Part shown: piece after piece, positions 28,251-43,245 of the stretch
Numbering within the stretch: the first letter of the stretch is position 1
How the letters are laid out: every line of letters begins with the position of its first letter
DNA from: the human T2T-CHM13v2.0 reference genome, Homo sapiens
Strand: one strand, 5' to 3'
DNA: 64,000 nt
Assembly (NCBI RefSeq): GCF_009914755.1
Contig: NC_060943.1
The notes under the pieces: generated by a model
Told to the model about the DNA's origin: nothing
The model's input: the letters and a program-made list of their open reading frames with translations, nothing else
Databases searched by the model: none
Made by a program: the position numbers and the translations under genes

Positions 28251-28349
28251 GACTTGCATCTTCCAAGACCCATGAAATAACCCAGCTGGAGTCATGGGAG
28301 GAGCCCTTCATGCCTGCTTGGGAAGTTGTGACTTCAGCCATACTGAGAG
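28251..28349 (+). CDS. ZNF773: ZNF773 KRAB-B-like exon
   Basis: 99 nt; ttttccttag| acceptor; GAG|gtactt donor. Confidence 0.88.
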
Positions 28350-28661
28350 GTACTTGGTGGGTGGAGCTCAGGGAGGTATGAACTCGGGTATGGGTTTGTA
28401 TCATACCAGGAGTCTTTCCAGTGGGCCCAGATATTTTGATACCAAGGCAAGGTGTCGTCGCTGATTTCTATCTTTTCTTCCTCAGTCACCCATTTATATC
28501 TATTCTGATAGTTGACCCAGGGCCATTCCCCACCTCTCTGTACTCCATGTTTCACCCCATCCTCAGCAGCACCTTTCAGCAGTGGCTTTCACTGAATGTG
28601 TGGTGAGGTGGGGCGCTTATTCTTGCATAGTCCTTGGACACCAACTATTTCATTCCAGTTG

Positions 28662-28956
28662 TTTTTTTTTTTTTTTTTGACAGAGTCTTGCTCTGTCGCC
28701 TAGGCTGGAGGGCAGTGGCGTGATCTCGGCTCACTGCAAGCTCCGCCTATCAGGTTGATGCCATTCTCCTGCCTCAGCCTCCTAGTAGCCAGGACTACAG
28801 GCGCCCGCCACCATGCCTGGCTAATTTTTTGTATTTTTAGTAGAGACTGGGTTTCACCATGTTAGCCTGAATGGTCTCGATCTCCTGACCTCGTGATCTG
28901 CCCGCCTTGGCCTCCGAAAGTGCTGGGATTACAGGCATGAGCCACCGCGCCCATCC
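28662..28956 (-). mobile_element. AluY, copy-B specific, last intron of ZNF773
   Basis: TSD CAGTTGTTTTT; empty site in copy A ~15570. Confidence 0.9.
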
Positions 28957-29305
28957 TGCAGTTGTTTTTTTCTGGACCTGGATATAACCTTCTGTGCCGT
29001 GTTCCTGTGTCTCCAGCAGCCAAAACCCTGTGGAAAGCCATTTGCAGAGGATTGTGTTGGGGACTCTGCCTCTCCTCCTTGTGCTACACCACATCCTTGC
29101 ATCCTTGGTGCTCATGAGGCCTCCCCAAATCTGTGAGCTAGCCAGGTTCAGCACTGCACAGCAGGCCCTTCCCCACCAAGCGCTAGCCCCCTCATTCTGC
29201 AAGCAGTCCCACACGCTAATTACCAGGTGTGTCAGACACGTGTGAGAGTGCTGCCTTCTCACACCAAAGACTACATTTACTTCATCAACATTTCTCTTCT
29301 TTCAG

Positions 29306-30372
29306 GTAGTTGGCAAGGAGCCAAGGCTGAGGCAGCTGCTGAGCAGAGTGCTTCTGTAGAAGTGCCCAGTTCAAACGTTCAGCAACACCAGAAGCAGCAC
29401 TGTGGAGAGAAACCCTTAAAAAGACAAGAGGGCAGGGTCCCAGTTTTGAGGAGTTGCAGAGTCCACCTATCAGAGAAGTCCTTGCAAAGCAGGGAAGTTG
29501 GGAAGGATCTTCTGACCAGCTCAGGTGTTCTCAAGCACCAGGTGACTCACACGGGAGAGAAGTCACATAGGAGCTCCAAAAGTAGGGAGGCCTTTCATGC
29601 TGGAAAAAGGCATTACAAATGCAGTGAATGTGGGAAAGCCTTTGGTCAGAAATATTTACTTGTTCAGCACCAGAGACTGCACACTGGGGAAAAGCCTTAT
29701 GAATGCAGTGAATGTGGGAAGTTATTTAGCCATAAGTCCAACCTTTTTATACACCAAATAGTTCACACTGGAGAAAGGCCTTATGGGTGTAGTGACTGTG
29801 GAAAATCCTTTAGCCGTAATGCTGACCTCATTCAACACCAGAGAGTTCACACTGGAGAAAAGCCTTTTACATGCAGTGAATGTGGAAAAGCTTTCAGGCA
29901 TAATTCCACACTTGTTCAGCATCACAGAATCCACACTGGAGTAAGGCCTTATGAGTGCAGTGAATGTGGAAAATTGTTTAGTTTCAACTCCAGCCTCATG
30001 AAACATCAGAGAGTTCACACTGGAGAAAGACCTTATAAGTGCAGTGAATGTGGAAAATTCTATAGCCACAAGTCCAGCCTTATCAATCATTGGCGTGTTC
30101 ACACTGGAGAAAGGCCTTATGAGTGCAGTGAATGTGGGAAATTTTTTAGCCAAAGCTCAAGCCTCATGCAACATCGAAAAGTTCACACTGGAGAAAAACC
30201 TTTTAAGTGCAATGAATGTGGGAGATTCTTTAGTGAGAATTCCAGCCTTGTTAAACATCAGAGGGTTCACACTGGAGCAAAGCCTTATGAGTGCAGGGAA
30301 TGTGGGAAATTTTTTCGCCACAGCTCCAGTCTTGTTAAACATCGAAGGATTCACACTGGAGAAATACAATGA
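29306..30372 (+). CDS. ZNF773: ZNF773 terminal exon: spacer plus 9 C2H2 fingers
   Basis: ctttcag|GT AGT TGG; total 33+130+99+1067=1329 nt = 442 aa + stop. Confidence 0.96.
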
Positions 30373-30639
30373 TTGTGAGAAATCCTTTAGCTGGTGTTTC
30401 AACCTCATTCAACACCAGAAAGTTCACGGTGTAAAAAAGTCTTGAAGGTTACTAATGGAAATCCATTAGCTATACCTCCAAACTCATTCAACACTGGACA
30501 GTTCACAGAGTGGACAATGTAGTGAATATGGTAAAAGGCCTCAGCCAAAGGCCTAACCGTATTCAACACCAGAAAGTTTAGACTGGAGAAAGGCCTTAGA
30601 CTGTCGCTGAATCAATATGACCTGACTTAAAGCAGAAAC

Positions 30640-31154
<515 letters not shown>

Positions 31155-31380
31155 TCATCCAAATATGCACACTGGAGGCAGGATGAGAATTCCTGATAGA
31201 TTGTTCCTCCTGAGAAAATAGCCCTCTGTCTTGGAGCTCCAGAGAGAGGGAGCCCTGTATTGGCTGCACCAGTCGAATGGAGTTTTAATCTCACTGAGTT
31301 TGGAGTTGGGGGAGGAAAGGAGTGGTCTCGATTCAGATGTTACTCACTTTTGCTGTTCTTATGAATGTTAGATCTTCTTT

Positions 31381-31386
31381 AATAAA
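31381..31386 (+). terminator. Probable ZNF773 poly(A) signal
   Basis: AATAAA at the position paralogous to 17706. Confidence 0.6.
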
Positions 31387-31974
31387 TATTTACTTGCCAT
31401 AAACCCTTATGTCCGCTTCCAGAGACTGAATTGTGTTTTTATAATTTTCACCAGTTTGGCTGCGTAACAGGTCGGCAAATCTCCTCACTCAGATATTCTG
31501 TAAGTTGATCCAAATGTTTCAAATTTTAAGAACTTGCCAAATTGTGTTCTAAATGGTTAGCATTTCATATTTCCTCCTGGAATATATTAGATTTTCCATT
31601 TCTTCATATTACTGACAGTTTACATGTATGGAAGTCATAGGCCATTCATTTTAACCATTTTACTAAGTGTGCAGTAGTATTTCATTGTAGTTCTTAATTT
31701 GTATTTTTCGAATGACTCAGTTTTGAGCATTTTTAAATGTGCTTATTCGTCACACGTATATCTTCGTTAGTCAAATGTCAGTTGGTATTTTTTGCCTGTT
31801 TTTTTAAAATATTTGGTTGCAAGTTGTTAACATTTCTGAAGACAAATTCCTTATTTGATATAAGCGTTGGCAGTATTTTTTCATGGTCTGTGGCTTTTGT
31901 TTTCTTTCTAAAAAATTAGAGTTGAGGTCTTGGTATGTTACATAGACTAGTCTCTAACCCCTGGCCTCAAGTGA

Positions 31975-32172
<198 letters not shown>

Positions 32173-33965
32173 TAAAAGCCTTATGTGAGTATGCTACTGT
32201 AGTCTTAGGAATCTTTTTAAATATCCAACTTCTGAAATATTTGTAGGTTTAACTACAGATAAGGAATTTGATGTATATAGATAATGTGTACATATTCCCT
32301 ATCTTTTGTGAGATATCCTAGCAAGCAGTGGCATTCCAGTAGCTTTGAGCATATTTAATGCCCAGTTATTGGCTTATATAATTTTTTAATAAAAGGAAGC
32401 AGAACTCCTTAGAGAAGAGGCTGTTTTCTGGTTGTGGCAGAAAAGGTACAACATGAGTCTAGGAAATATTGCATTGGAAAGTAAAGAGATGCTCACAGAA
32501 TAATGTTGATGTATTAGCTTTCTATTGCTATCCTGACAAATCACCACAAACTTACGGTTTAAACAACACAAATATATTATCTTACAGTTCTTTAGGTCAT
32601 AAGTATAACACAGGTATCACTGGGTGAAAATCAAAGTGTTGGCATGATTGTGTTCCTTTCTAGAGTCTCATGGAGAATCTGTTTCTTGCTTATTTTGAGT
32701 TGTTAGCATATTTAAGTTCTTTGTGGTTGTAGGACTGAGATTCCTTTTTCTTGATGGCATCAGCTGAGGGTCATTCCTAAAACATGTAAGAACTTTTATG
32801 AAATATTAAAGGAAGAAGTAATACCAATTATATACAAACTCTTCCAAAAAGAGAAAAGTTCAAACACTTCTGAACTATATGAAAGTTATCATTAACAGGA
32901 CAGCAAAGAGGCAATGACATAAAACTATAGACCAATAACCACATGAATATAGACAGAGCCTTAACAAAATTTTAGCAAATTGAGGCACTTGTCCTTCAAA
33001 TCACCCCGCTGGGTCTCTTCCAAGTATACTTCCCTTTCTTTCTTGTTGTAAAGCCTTTTTAAATAAACTTGCACTCATGCTAAAACAAAACAAAAAGACA
33101 TTTAGCAAATTGAATCCAGCCATATAGAAACAATAATAAATCATAACCTAGTGAGGTTTATCAAGAATAGAAGTTAGATTCAACAATTCAAACTCTTTGT
33201 TAATCTGTATTAGCAGACTAAAATGAAAATCTCAAAATGTAATAAAAGCATTTTACAAAATTCAAAACTCGGTTATGATACACACAGCAAACTAGAACAA
33301 GATGGTGATTTCTTCCACCTGATACAGCACATCTATGAAAAACAAACAGCTAACAGCACATTTGATATATATGTGATCAAATATTTGATAAGTTGATTTT
33401 CCCCAACATTAGGAATAACATAAATATGTCAACATTTATCACTTCTCATTAAAAACAAAAAGTCTTAAGATTGTAAAGGCAGAACCCAAACTCTTTATTT
33501 ACATATAACATGATAATATTGAAAATTCTAAATTGTCTACTAAAAAGCTACTAGATCTAATAATTGAGTTTAGCAAGGTCCTAAGATAAAAAGGCCAGTG
33601 TATACAAAGTATATATCACTATTCTAAGTTGGTATATAGCTGGCAAATACATGCTTGGCAACTGAAAAAATGTACTTCACAATAGCATAAAAATATGAAA
33701 TATTTAGAAATAAATTTAACAAAATATGTTCAAGAACTATAAAAATAAAACATTCCTGAGAGACATTAAGGAAGGCATAAATAAATGACACAAGAAGTTC
33801 CTGAATCTGAGATTTAATATTTTTAAGTTGTCAGTTTTCCTTTAACTGTTCTATAGGTTGAGACGATCCCAATAAAAACCTAATCTTTTAAATAAAAATT
33901 TACAAATGTATTCTAAAAAGTTACATGGAAATGCAAAGGGCCTGGACTAATTGCCAAAACAATTT

Positions 33966-34283
33966 TATTTATTTTATTTTATTTTATTTATTTTTTTTTT
34001 TTGAGACGGAGTTTCGCTGTCACCCAGGCTAGCGTGCAGTGGCATGATCTCAGCTCACTGCTGTGTCCGCCCCCTGGGATTCATGCCATTCTCCTGCCTC
34101 AGCCTCCTGCGTAGCTGGGACTACAGGTACCCGCCACCTCTCCCGGATACTTTTTTGTATTTTTTAGTAGAGACGGGGTTTCACCATGTTAGCCAAGATG
34201 GTCTCGATCTCCTGACCTCGTGATCCGCCCGCCTCAGCCTCCCAAAGTGCTGGGATTACAGGCGTGAGCCACCATGCCCGGCC
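33966..34283 (-). mobile_element. AluY, copy-B specific
   Basis: TSD AACAATTTTA; absent at the copy A site ~20530. Confidence 0.9.
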
Positions 34284-35314
34284 AACAATTTTATAAATAA
34301 GAATAAATTTGAAAACCTTTATGACTTCAAGACTTATGAATGTACGGTAATTGAGAGAGTAAAGTATTAGCTAAAGGACAGACATAGAGATGAACAGAAG
34401 AGAATAGAGAACCCGGAAATACACTCACACAACACTCTATTGTCAATCTCTTTTCAACAAAGTTGCAAAAGTAGTAAAACAACTTCAGAAAACAGTGTAG
34501 CAGCTTTAAAGGTAGCATAAACTTACCATATAGCTTAGGAATCTTACCTATAGGGATATCCCCAAGAGAACAAAAACATGTGTCCTAGAAATACTTACAC
34601 TTGCATGCTCAGCAGTTTTATTTATAAAAGCCAAACACTAGAAGCTGTTTTTCACACACACACACACACATACACACACACACACACTCAAAACTAAAAT
34701 GTCCATGAACAGAAGAAGGAATAATCAATTATGGTATATCCTTAAAATACCATTCAACAACATAAAAAATAAACTATGAATACAAGCAAAAACAGCATAG
34801 ATAAAAAAAAGCCCTGAGCTGAGTGGAAGAAGCCAGACACAAAAGTTGACATACAGTATGATTCCATTTATATGAAATGAAGAAGCTGCAAAACTAGAGT
34901 AAAAGAATGCAGATCACTGGTTATTGGGCCTGTGGTCTGAGGGTGAAGGTTCTGACTGAAAGAGTACAGGAAAATGTTATCAGGCAATGGTAATTTTCTC
35001 TATCATGACTGTGTTGGTGGTTTCATGACAGTACAGCTGACCCTTAAATAACACAGGTTTGAAATGTACAGGTCCAATTATATGTGAATTTTATTTCAAT
35101 AAATATATTGGAAAGTTTTTTGAATATTTGAGACAATTTCCAAAAACCAGAATTCATTGAAATAAGTATGTCAAGAATGCATAATACAAAATATATGTAG
35201 GTACTATTTTATCATTTACTACCATAAAATATACATAAATCTATTATACAAGGTTAAAATTAGTCAAGAGTCACATAAACACAGACTGTACTTGGTGCTT
35301 CCAGAGAAATGTAA

Positions 35315-35461
<147 letters not shown>

Positions 35462-35976
35462 TGAGTAGCTGGAACTACAGGTGTGCACCACCACGCTGAG
35501 CTAATTTTTGTATTTTTTAGTAGAGACAGGGTTTCACCACGTTGGTCTGTGTTGGAGGTCGAAAGAATTAGGGTCATGACCAACTCAGTATGCCACTGGA
35601 GACTATATGAGCAAACAACAAACTAGTCTCATGAATGCAGTATGTTGGCAAGCCTACAACTGTGTTTGCAGCCAGATGGAATGCTAAGGGCAGTCACACC
35701 CCAGGTGCAGTGTTCCTTGTGGTTATCTACAGGAACATCTGGAGTCTGTTGTATAAAGAAAGCAATTATGTGAGCCTGTGATAAATCAAGCAGCTGACCA
35801 ACTGTTACGTCTTCCTCTCTGTGGATTCTACCTAATAAATACAAAGGGCTGTAGAAGCTCAGGGCCCTTGTTCCCTAGAAGCAAGGAGCCCTCTGACCCC
35901 TTCTTTAAAACAGATCTTTTTGTCTTCATTTCTGCATTTGTCCTTCTTCATTCAGTCCCGAACCGACAGCCACAAG

Positions 35977-35994
35977 TGGCGCCCGAACAGGGAC
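35977..35994 (+). other. Primer binding site complementary to tRNA-Lys(UUU) 3' end, followed by a splice donor
   Basis: TGGCGCCCGAACAGGGAC immediately after the LTR; |GTGAGT at 35995. Confidence 0.92.
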
Positions 35995-36137
35995 GTGAGT
36001 GAAGAAGGTCTGCTGGAGCAGAGAAAGTGAAACTGACCAGAAGAATGAGAAACCCCAGGACAAGTCTGCTGGCAGTGGATATAAGGTCAGTGCCCTAAAG
36101 AGGTACTGGGAGTGGGAAGTTTCTGAATCAGGGTAAC

Positions 36138-36500
36138 ATAGGGCAGAATTTGTCTGCTGAAGAGCAACATTATATGCAGTCACTTAAAGGTTTACTTAAA
36201 CAATCTGGTGCTCAGGTTAGTTCTCAAACACTAGCTAAGCTGCTGCAGGAGGTTATCACGCATAACCCATGGTTTCCACAGACAGACACTCTTGATGTGG
36301 AAAACTGGGGTGAAGATTTGCTTACGGCATAGGATATGAGACTTACAAATTAAACTATTGGCAATCCAGGATTTAAAATGTTAAAGAAAATGAGATATCA
36401 GAGCAGACAAGGCTTAGGAAAGTCCCTACAGGAAAACCCTGATCCTATATCAATAACTGGGCAAACAGATAGAAAAGGGCTAGGTCGTCAGATTTCTGAT
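36138..36500 (+). pseudogene. gag MA remnant fused to the pro C-terminus (G-patch-like) by a large deletion
   Basis: ATA-GGG-CAG (lost ATG) ...NPWFPQTDTLDVENW|GEDLLTA; then GFKMLKKMRYQSRQGLGK. Confidence 0.75.
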
Positions 36501-36509
36501 GTGGGTCAT

Positions 36510-39205
36510 TGATATTTCTCCTCCACCCACTGCTTTGCCACTAGAGTGGCTAACAAACCTGTATGGGTGGATCAATGGCCCCTTTCACAGGAGAAACTAA
36601 CTCAACTCCATCAGCTAGTAAAAGAGTGATTGGATGCAGGACATATTGAAGAGTCAGCCCCTGGAATTCACCAGTATTTGTAATACCAAAAAAGTCAGGA
36701 AAATGGGGACTGCTACATGATTTGAGAGCTATTAATGCACAGATTAAACCAATGGGTGCATTACAGCAAGGTCTGCCATCCCTGGCAGGCATTTCCAAGA
36801 GACTGGCCTCTTGTAGTAATAGATCTTATTGTTTTTTTTACTATACTATTACATCAGCAGGATAGGCCTGGATATGCCTTCTCTGTGCCTTCTGTTAATC
36901 AAAGGGAGCCTGTCTCTTGTTATCAATGGAAAGTTTTGCCCCAAGGCGTGCTTAACAGTCCTACATTATATCAGAATTTTGTAGGACAGGCATTAAAGGA
37001 GCCTTGTAATGTGTTTCCCACTGGCTATGTCATTCATTATATGGATGATATTCTTTTGGCCGCTCCTACAGATCAAATCTTACATCAGTTATTCAGAGAA
37101 ACAAAACAGGCTTTGACTAAATGGAATCTCAAAATAGCTCCTGAAAAGGTGCAAACCACCTCCCCATACCAGTACTTAGGCACTATTATTACTGAAAGAA
37201 GTGTTCAGCCTCAGAAGGTAGTCATCTGTAGGGACAGATTACAAACTTTGAATGATTTCCAACAATTATCAGGGTACATTAATTGGCTGCACCCAATGCT
37301 AGGTATTGCTACTTATTAACTCAAACACCTTTATCAGACCCTCCAAGGAGATTCTTCATTAGACTCTCCTCGGCAACTTACTAAGGAGGCAGAAGCTGAA
37401 TTATAGCTTGTAGAACAGATGCTTCAGCAACAACATGCCACCTGGTTACAGCCACAAAAGCCTTTGCTTCTGTTTATTCTTCCTACCTCCCATTCTCCAA
37501 CAGGACTTTTAGGCCAATTCATACACAAATCTGTAATAGTATTAGAATGGCTTTTTTATCCAATCAGACAGTGAAATCTTTGCAAATTTATCTTTCTTTA
37601 ATTACTCAACTTATAACAATAGGTAGGCATAGATCAAAAATGTTTATGGGATGTGATCCAGACAAAATTATTGTTCCCTTGGATTCCCAACAACAGGCCA
37701 CAGCATGGGAAATGTCGACTGCATGGCAAATCACTCTCACAGATTTTGTAGGAATAATAGATAACCATTATCCATCAGACAAAATTTTGCAATTTTATGA
37801 AGTTCACCCTTTTACCCTTCCTGTAATCACTCATCACAAGCCTATTCCAGGCAGACAGACCTATTTTACTGATGACTCTTCTAAAGGCTGTGCAGCTATT
37901 TATGGACCTAAGCATACTGAAACAATAAAGACCTCTGGAGTTTCAGCTCAATGCTCAGAATTAGTGGCAGTTATTCAAGTTTTACAGCTCACCGCTTTAT
38001 CTCCTATTAACATTGTCTGTGATTCAGCCTATATTGTAAATGTAGCCAGTCACATTGAGACTGCCACTATTAAAAGCACCCTAGAACCAGAGCTGTATAA
38101 TTTGTTTCTAAGACTTCAACAAGCTGTTCACTCTCATGCTGCTCCTTTTCATATTTCTCATATTTGCTGTCACACACAACTTCCTGGACCACTATCTCTA
38201 GGTAACAATAAAGCAGATAAACTAATCGGTTCTGTATTTCAACAAGCCCAATCTTCTCATGCATTCCTGCATCAAAACACCTCTGCCCTTACTCGTATGT
38301 TTCATCTGCCTCGCAGCCAGGCTTGAGCTATTGCGCAAGCCTACCCCACTTGCCAGCCTGTCCCTGGCGTTGCACCCATGGAAGGATGTAACCCACTAGG
38401 CTTGGCTCCATATGAAATCTGGCAGATGGATGTTACACATATAGCAGCCTTTGGCAAACTCAGCTATGTTCATGTGACTACAGACACTTACTCCCATATG
38501 CTACATGTCACGTGCCAAACTGGGGAAACAGCTGGTCATGTCTGATGACATTGTCTGTCACCTTTTGCCCATATGGGGGTCCCTACACAATGAAAAACTG
38601 ACAATGGACCTGCTTATGTTAGTCATGCTTTTCAAAATTTTTTACAGTTATGGGCAATCACTCATAAAACAGAAATTCCTTACAATCCTCAAGGACAAGG
38701 AATCATAGAGTGGGCACATCAAACATTACAATGCATGTTGAAAAAACAAAAATGGGGACTAGGAGACCAGCTACCACCTCAAACAAAATTACATTTAGCC
38801 TTATTTACTTTAAATTTTTTGACTCCTGGTATGGATATTAAGACTCTGGCAGAATGACATTGGCAAATGTTAGAGGGAAAAAGGAAAGTTTACCCAAAGG
38901 TATTACAGAAATCCCCGGAAGAAGGACAATGGAAAGGCCCGGTAGACTTACTGATATGGGGACGAGGGTTTGCTTGTGTTTTTACAGGAGATGGACAATC
39001 CGTGTGGGTGCCCTCAAGGTGTGTGCGACCATGGAACGGGAGACTGGAGAAATCCATGGATCTCAACTGTGGGCCCAGCTCCTCCAGTACGAGCCATGAG
39101 CTAGTTGAATCTGAATGCAAAGACAGAACAAGGACCGACTGGAGTCACACTGACATCAACCCCCATAAAATGGGGACAGCTCAAGAAAACCACACAGGAA
39201 GCTGA
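36510..39205 (+). pseudogene. pol remnant (RT, RNase H, integrase) with stops and frameshifts
   Basis: WVDQWPL, LPQG, YMDD (37038), RNase H-like YFTD/CDS, WQMDVTH, WKGP..WGRG. Confidence 0.92.
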
Positions 39206-41000
39206 GAAACTGCTGGAGCAAAACCCCTGACTCCATGTTTATGGCCATGCTAGCTGTAATATCCTGTGCGGTATGTTTTCCCTGTGCAGAGGCAAAAACT
39301 TATTGGGCATATATTCCTAACCCACCAGTAGTACGACCGGTACTCGGGAGCAACACTCCTCCTGAGATATATCATGATCAGGGAGCATGGACACCAGGAC
39401 CCCTAACTCCCCCTGACAGAGAGTGATTAGATTCTCAGAACAATGGTATCAATTATACTGCACCATTGGAGGGACTTCTTTATGTGTCACCCAGGATGCA
39501 TCACTCAACCGCAGTTGCCTTGCAATTCAGTCCCAAGCATGCTTGAGTTACCATGGAAAAATTATGTACCTATTAGGCCTTAGCTCTATTAATATTACTG
39601 GTGTAGTTACTAATCACTCCTGGCCCCATCACCCAAATTGTATTGATTGTACAGAATGGGCTCCCTTTGATAATTCTCACCCCTGTCCTTGGACTCAGTG
39701 TCTTGGCCCCTTAGCTAAACAACAGTCCATGTTAATGGGAGACATTATCGACTGGGGTCCCCATGGTCATTTAGATGGGAGAAGTGAGAATCAGACCTCA
39801 TGGCATAAATTTTGCTGGCACTGGTGGCGAAACTTGAACATCTCTTCGCTACATCCCAATCTGCTACACAACTTGCTTGGCACAGAATGGGCTTTAGCCC
39901 ACCTTTGCCTCAATGGCATTATCAAGGAAAGAGAGGTCCAATTCAGGAGTCAATATGGAAGACAGCACTCCCATTTATGAATGGCAGCATTTGGGTTGGG
40001 ACACTATCCAATAATAGTAATAATGCTCAATGCAGTTTTAATGTTACCTTTGTAGAAAATACTACCACACAGTTTACAATTTGTATTTTTAATCCGTATG
40101 TTTTTCTAGCAGCAAAAAAGGACCAACTCCGGGTAAACAATGCCCAATCGATTTGTGATGCCTGTCAACTGTATCATTGCCTTAATCATAGCACAATACA
40201 AACACACAGCATATCCACCCTAATAATTCTAGGTCACATTCCTGGATTATAGATTCCTGTAAATCTCTCTGAGCCTTGGGAGGCCACCCCCGCTTTACAT
40301 TTTGTAAAACTCCTTCTTATTCAGCTTACTCATCGTGCTCGTAGAGCTTTAGGCATGATAATTTTTGCTATAATTTCCCTAGTCACACTAATAACCTCTG
40401 CTGTGTTGTCCTCAGTAGCACTGCACAGCTCCATTCAAACAGCTCAATGTGTGAAAAATTGGATGTGCACAGCCGACCAGGAATGGATGCTTCAAAATAA
40501 AATTAACACCAAGATACAAACAGAAGTGGCAATGTTAAAGACTACTGTTCTGTGGCTAGGATAACAAATACAAAGCCTGAAGTTGCAGCAGCAATTGCAT
40601 TGTCATTTTAACCCTATTCATATTTGTGTAACTAATTTGGAATATAATCAAAGTGAATATCCAAGGAACTTTGTAAAGGCCCATTTACAGGGAGTTTTAC
40701 ATTCAATGTTACTTTTGATATTAATGATTCACAAAGTAAAATCCTTAACTTGAATAAGCAGACTCAAGTGCTTCAGCCCTCTTTAAAAGCTTGGGCAGAA
40801 TTCCAGCAAGGTTTAGGGAGCCTTAACCCTTGGACCTACTTCAAACAGCACCTCAATGTCTTTTTTGTGATTATCGGAATAATGTTATTATGTTTCTGTT
40901 TTTTGTTCATAGTCTGTAAAATCAGCTGGACCACCAACCGGCAATTGAGAGCTGCACAGCCTGCAATTACCTTTATTCAATTAATACAAAAACAGAAAAG
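39096..41000 (+). pseudogene. env remnant (signal peptide/Rec-like N-terminus, SU, TM)
   Basis: WGQLKKTTQEAEKLL, YWAYIPNPP, furin-like RARR|AL ~40335, hydrophobic TM; ATG-AGC-TAG kills the start. Confidence 0.88.
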
Positions 41001-41571
41001 GGGGGAGGTTGGAGGCCGAAAGAATGAGGGTCGTGACCAACTCAGTATACCACTGGAGGCTATATGAGCAAACAGCAAACTGTTCTCATGAATGCAGGAT
41101 GCTGGCAAGCTGACAACTGCATCTGCCACCAGAAGGAATGCTGAGGGCAGTCATACCCCACGTGCAGTGTTCCTTGTGGTTATCTATAGGAACATCTGGA
41201 GGCTGTTGTATAAAGAAAGCAATTATGTGAGCCCGTGATAAATCAAGCAGCTGACCAACCATTACCTCTTCCTCCCTGTTGATTCTACCTAATAAATACA
41301 AAGGGCTGTAGAAGCTCAGGGCCCTTGTTCCCTAGAAGAAAGGAGCCGCCTGTCTCCTTCTTTAAAACAGATCTTTTTGTCTTTGTCTTCATTTCTGCAT
41401 TTGTTCTCTTTTGTTCAGTCCCAAACCGACAGCCATAGGCCAGGATGGTCTTGATCTTTTGACCTCATGATCTGCCCACCTCGGCCTCCCAAAGTGCTGG
41501 GAGCCACCACACCCAGCCAAAGATGCAGTATTAAGTCATAATCGTGCATGTGTGTATGTGTGTGTTTGAAT

Positions 41572-42141
<570 letters not shown>

Positions 42142-42940
42142 TGATAAAATTAACTACAGGACATACTACAGTACCATAATAATTTTGTAGACATCTCCTG
42201 TTGTTCACAGTGTTGTGAGTATTCACTTAAAGAACCCCATGATGTTAATCATCTCCACATGAGCAGTTCATCTCTCCAGTAAATCACATATTGCAGTAAA
42301 AAGTGATCTCTCAAGGTTCTAATATATTATTCATAGTGTTTAGTGCGATATTGTAAACTTTAAGTAACGCTATATGGCCTATATGAAGTGCCAGTAGTGA
42401 TGCTGGAAGTGCTCCCAAGAAGCAGGGAAAAGTCATGACATTATAAGAAGCAGCTGAACTGCTTGATATGTACTATAGATTGAGGTTTGCAGCTGTAGTT
42501 GCCCACCATTTCAAGATAAATTAATCCAGTATGAGGATCATTGTTAAAAACAAACAAAAAAGGAAATAAAGACATTGCTGCAGCTATGCCAGCAGGCACA
42601 AAAATCTTGCATTTTCTGCAAAATATATCTTTTATCTCATTTAAAAATGCAGCTTTCATGTGGGTGCAGAATTGCCATGGGTAAGGCATACAGAGAGACT
42701 CAAATACGATTTGAGAAACAGTCATTATATGACAACTCAAAGCATTAGGAAGGTGAAGGATCTAAAGCTGGAGAATTTAATGGCAGCAAGGGAAAGTTTG
42801 ATAATTTTAGAAAGATGTTTGGCTTTGAAAATGTCAAGATAATAGGAGAAGCAACTTCTGCTGACTACCAGGCAGCCAACAATGTCCCAGGTGCCATTAA
42901 GAGAACCACTGACAAGAAATTATATCAACCTGAACAGATT

Positions 42941-43245
<305 letters not shown>

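Larger units (their letters stand above)
35550..41437 (+). mobile_element. HERV-K(HML-6)/HERVK3 provirus, defective, with LTR3-family LTRs
   Basis: LTRs 35550-35974 and ~41007-41437; Lys3 PBS; gag-pro-pol-env remnants; PPT ~40988-41006; 6-bp TSD GGTCTG/GGCCAG. Confidence 0.92.

Noticed and set aside
35977-35994. tRNA-like sequence
   Set aside because: Only the 18-nt retroviral PBS, not a tRNA gene
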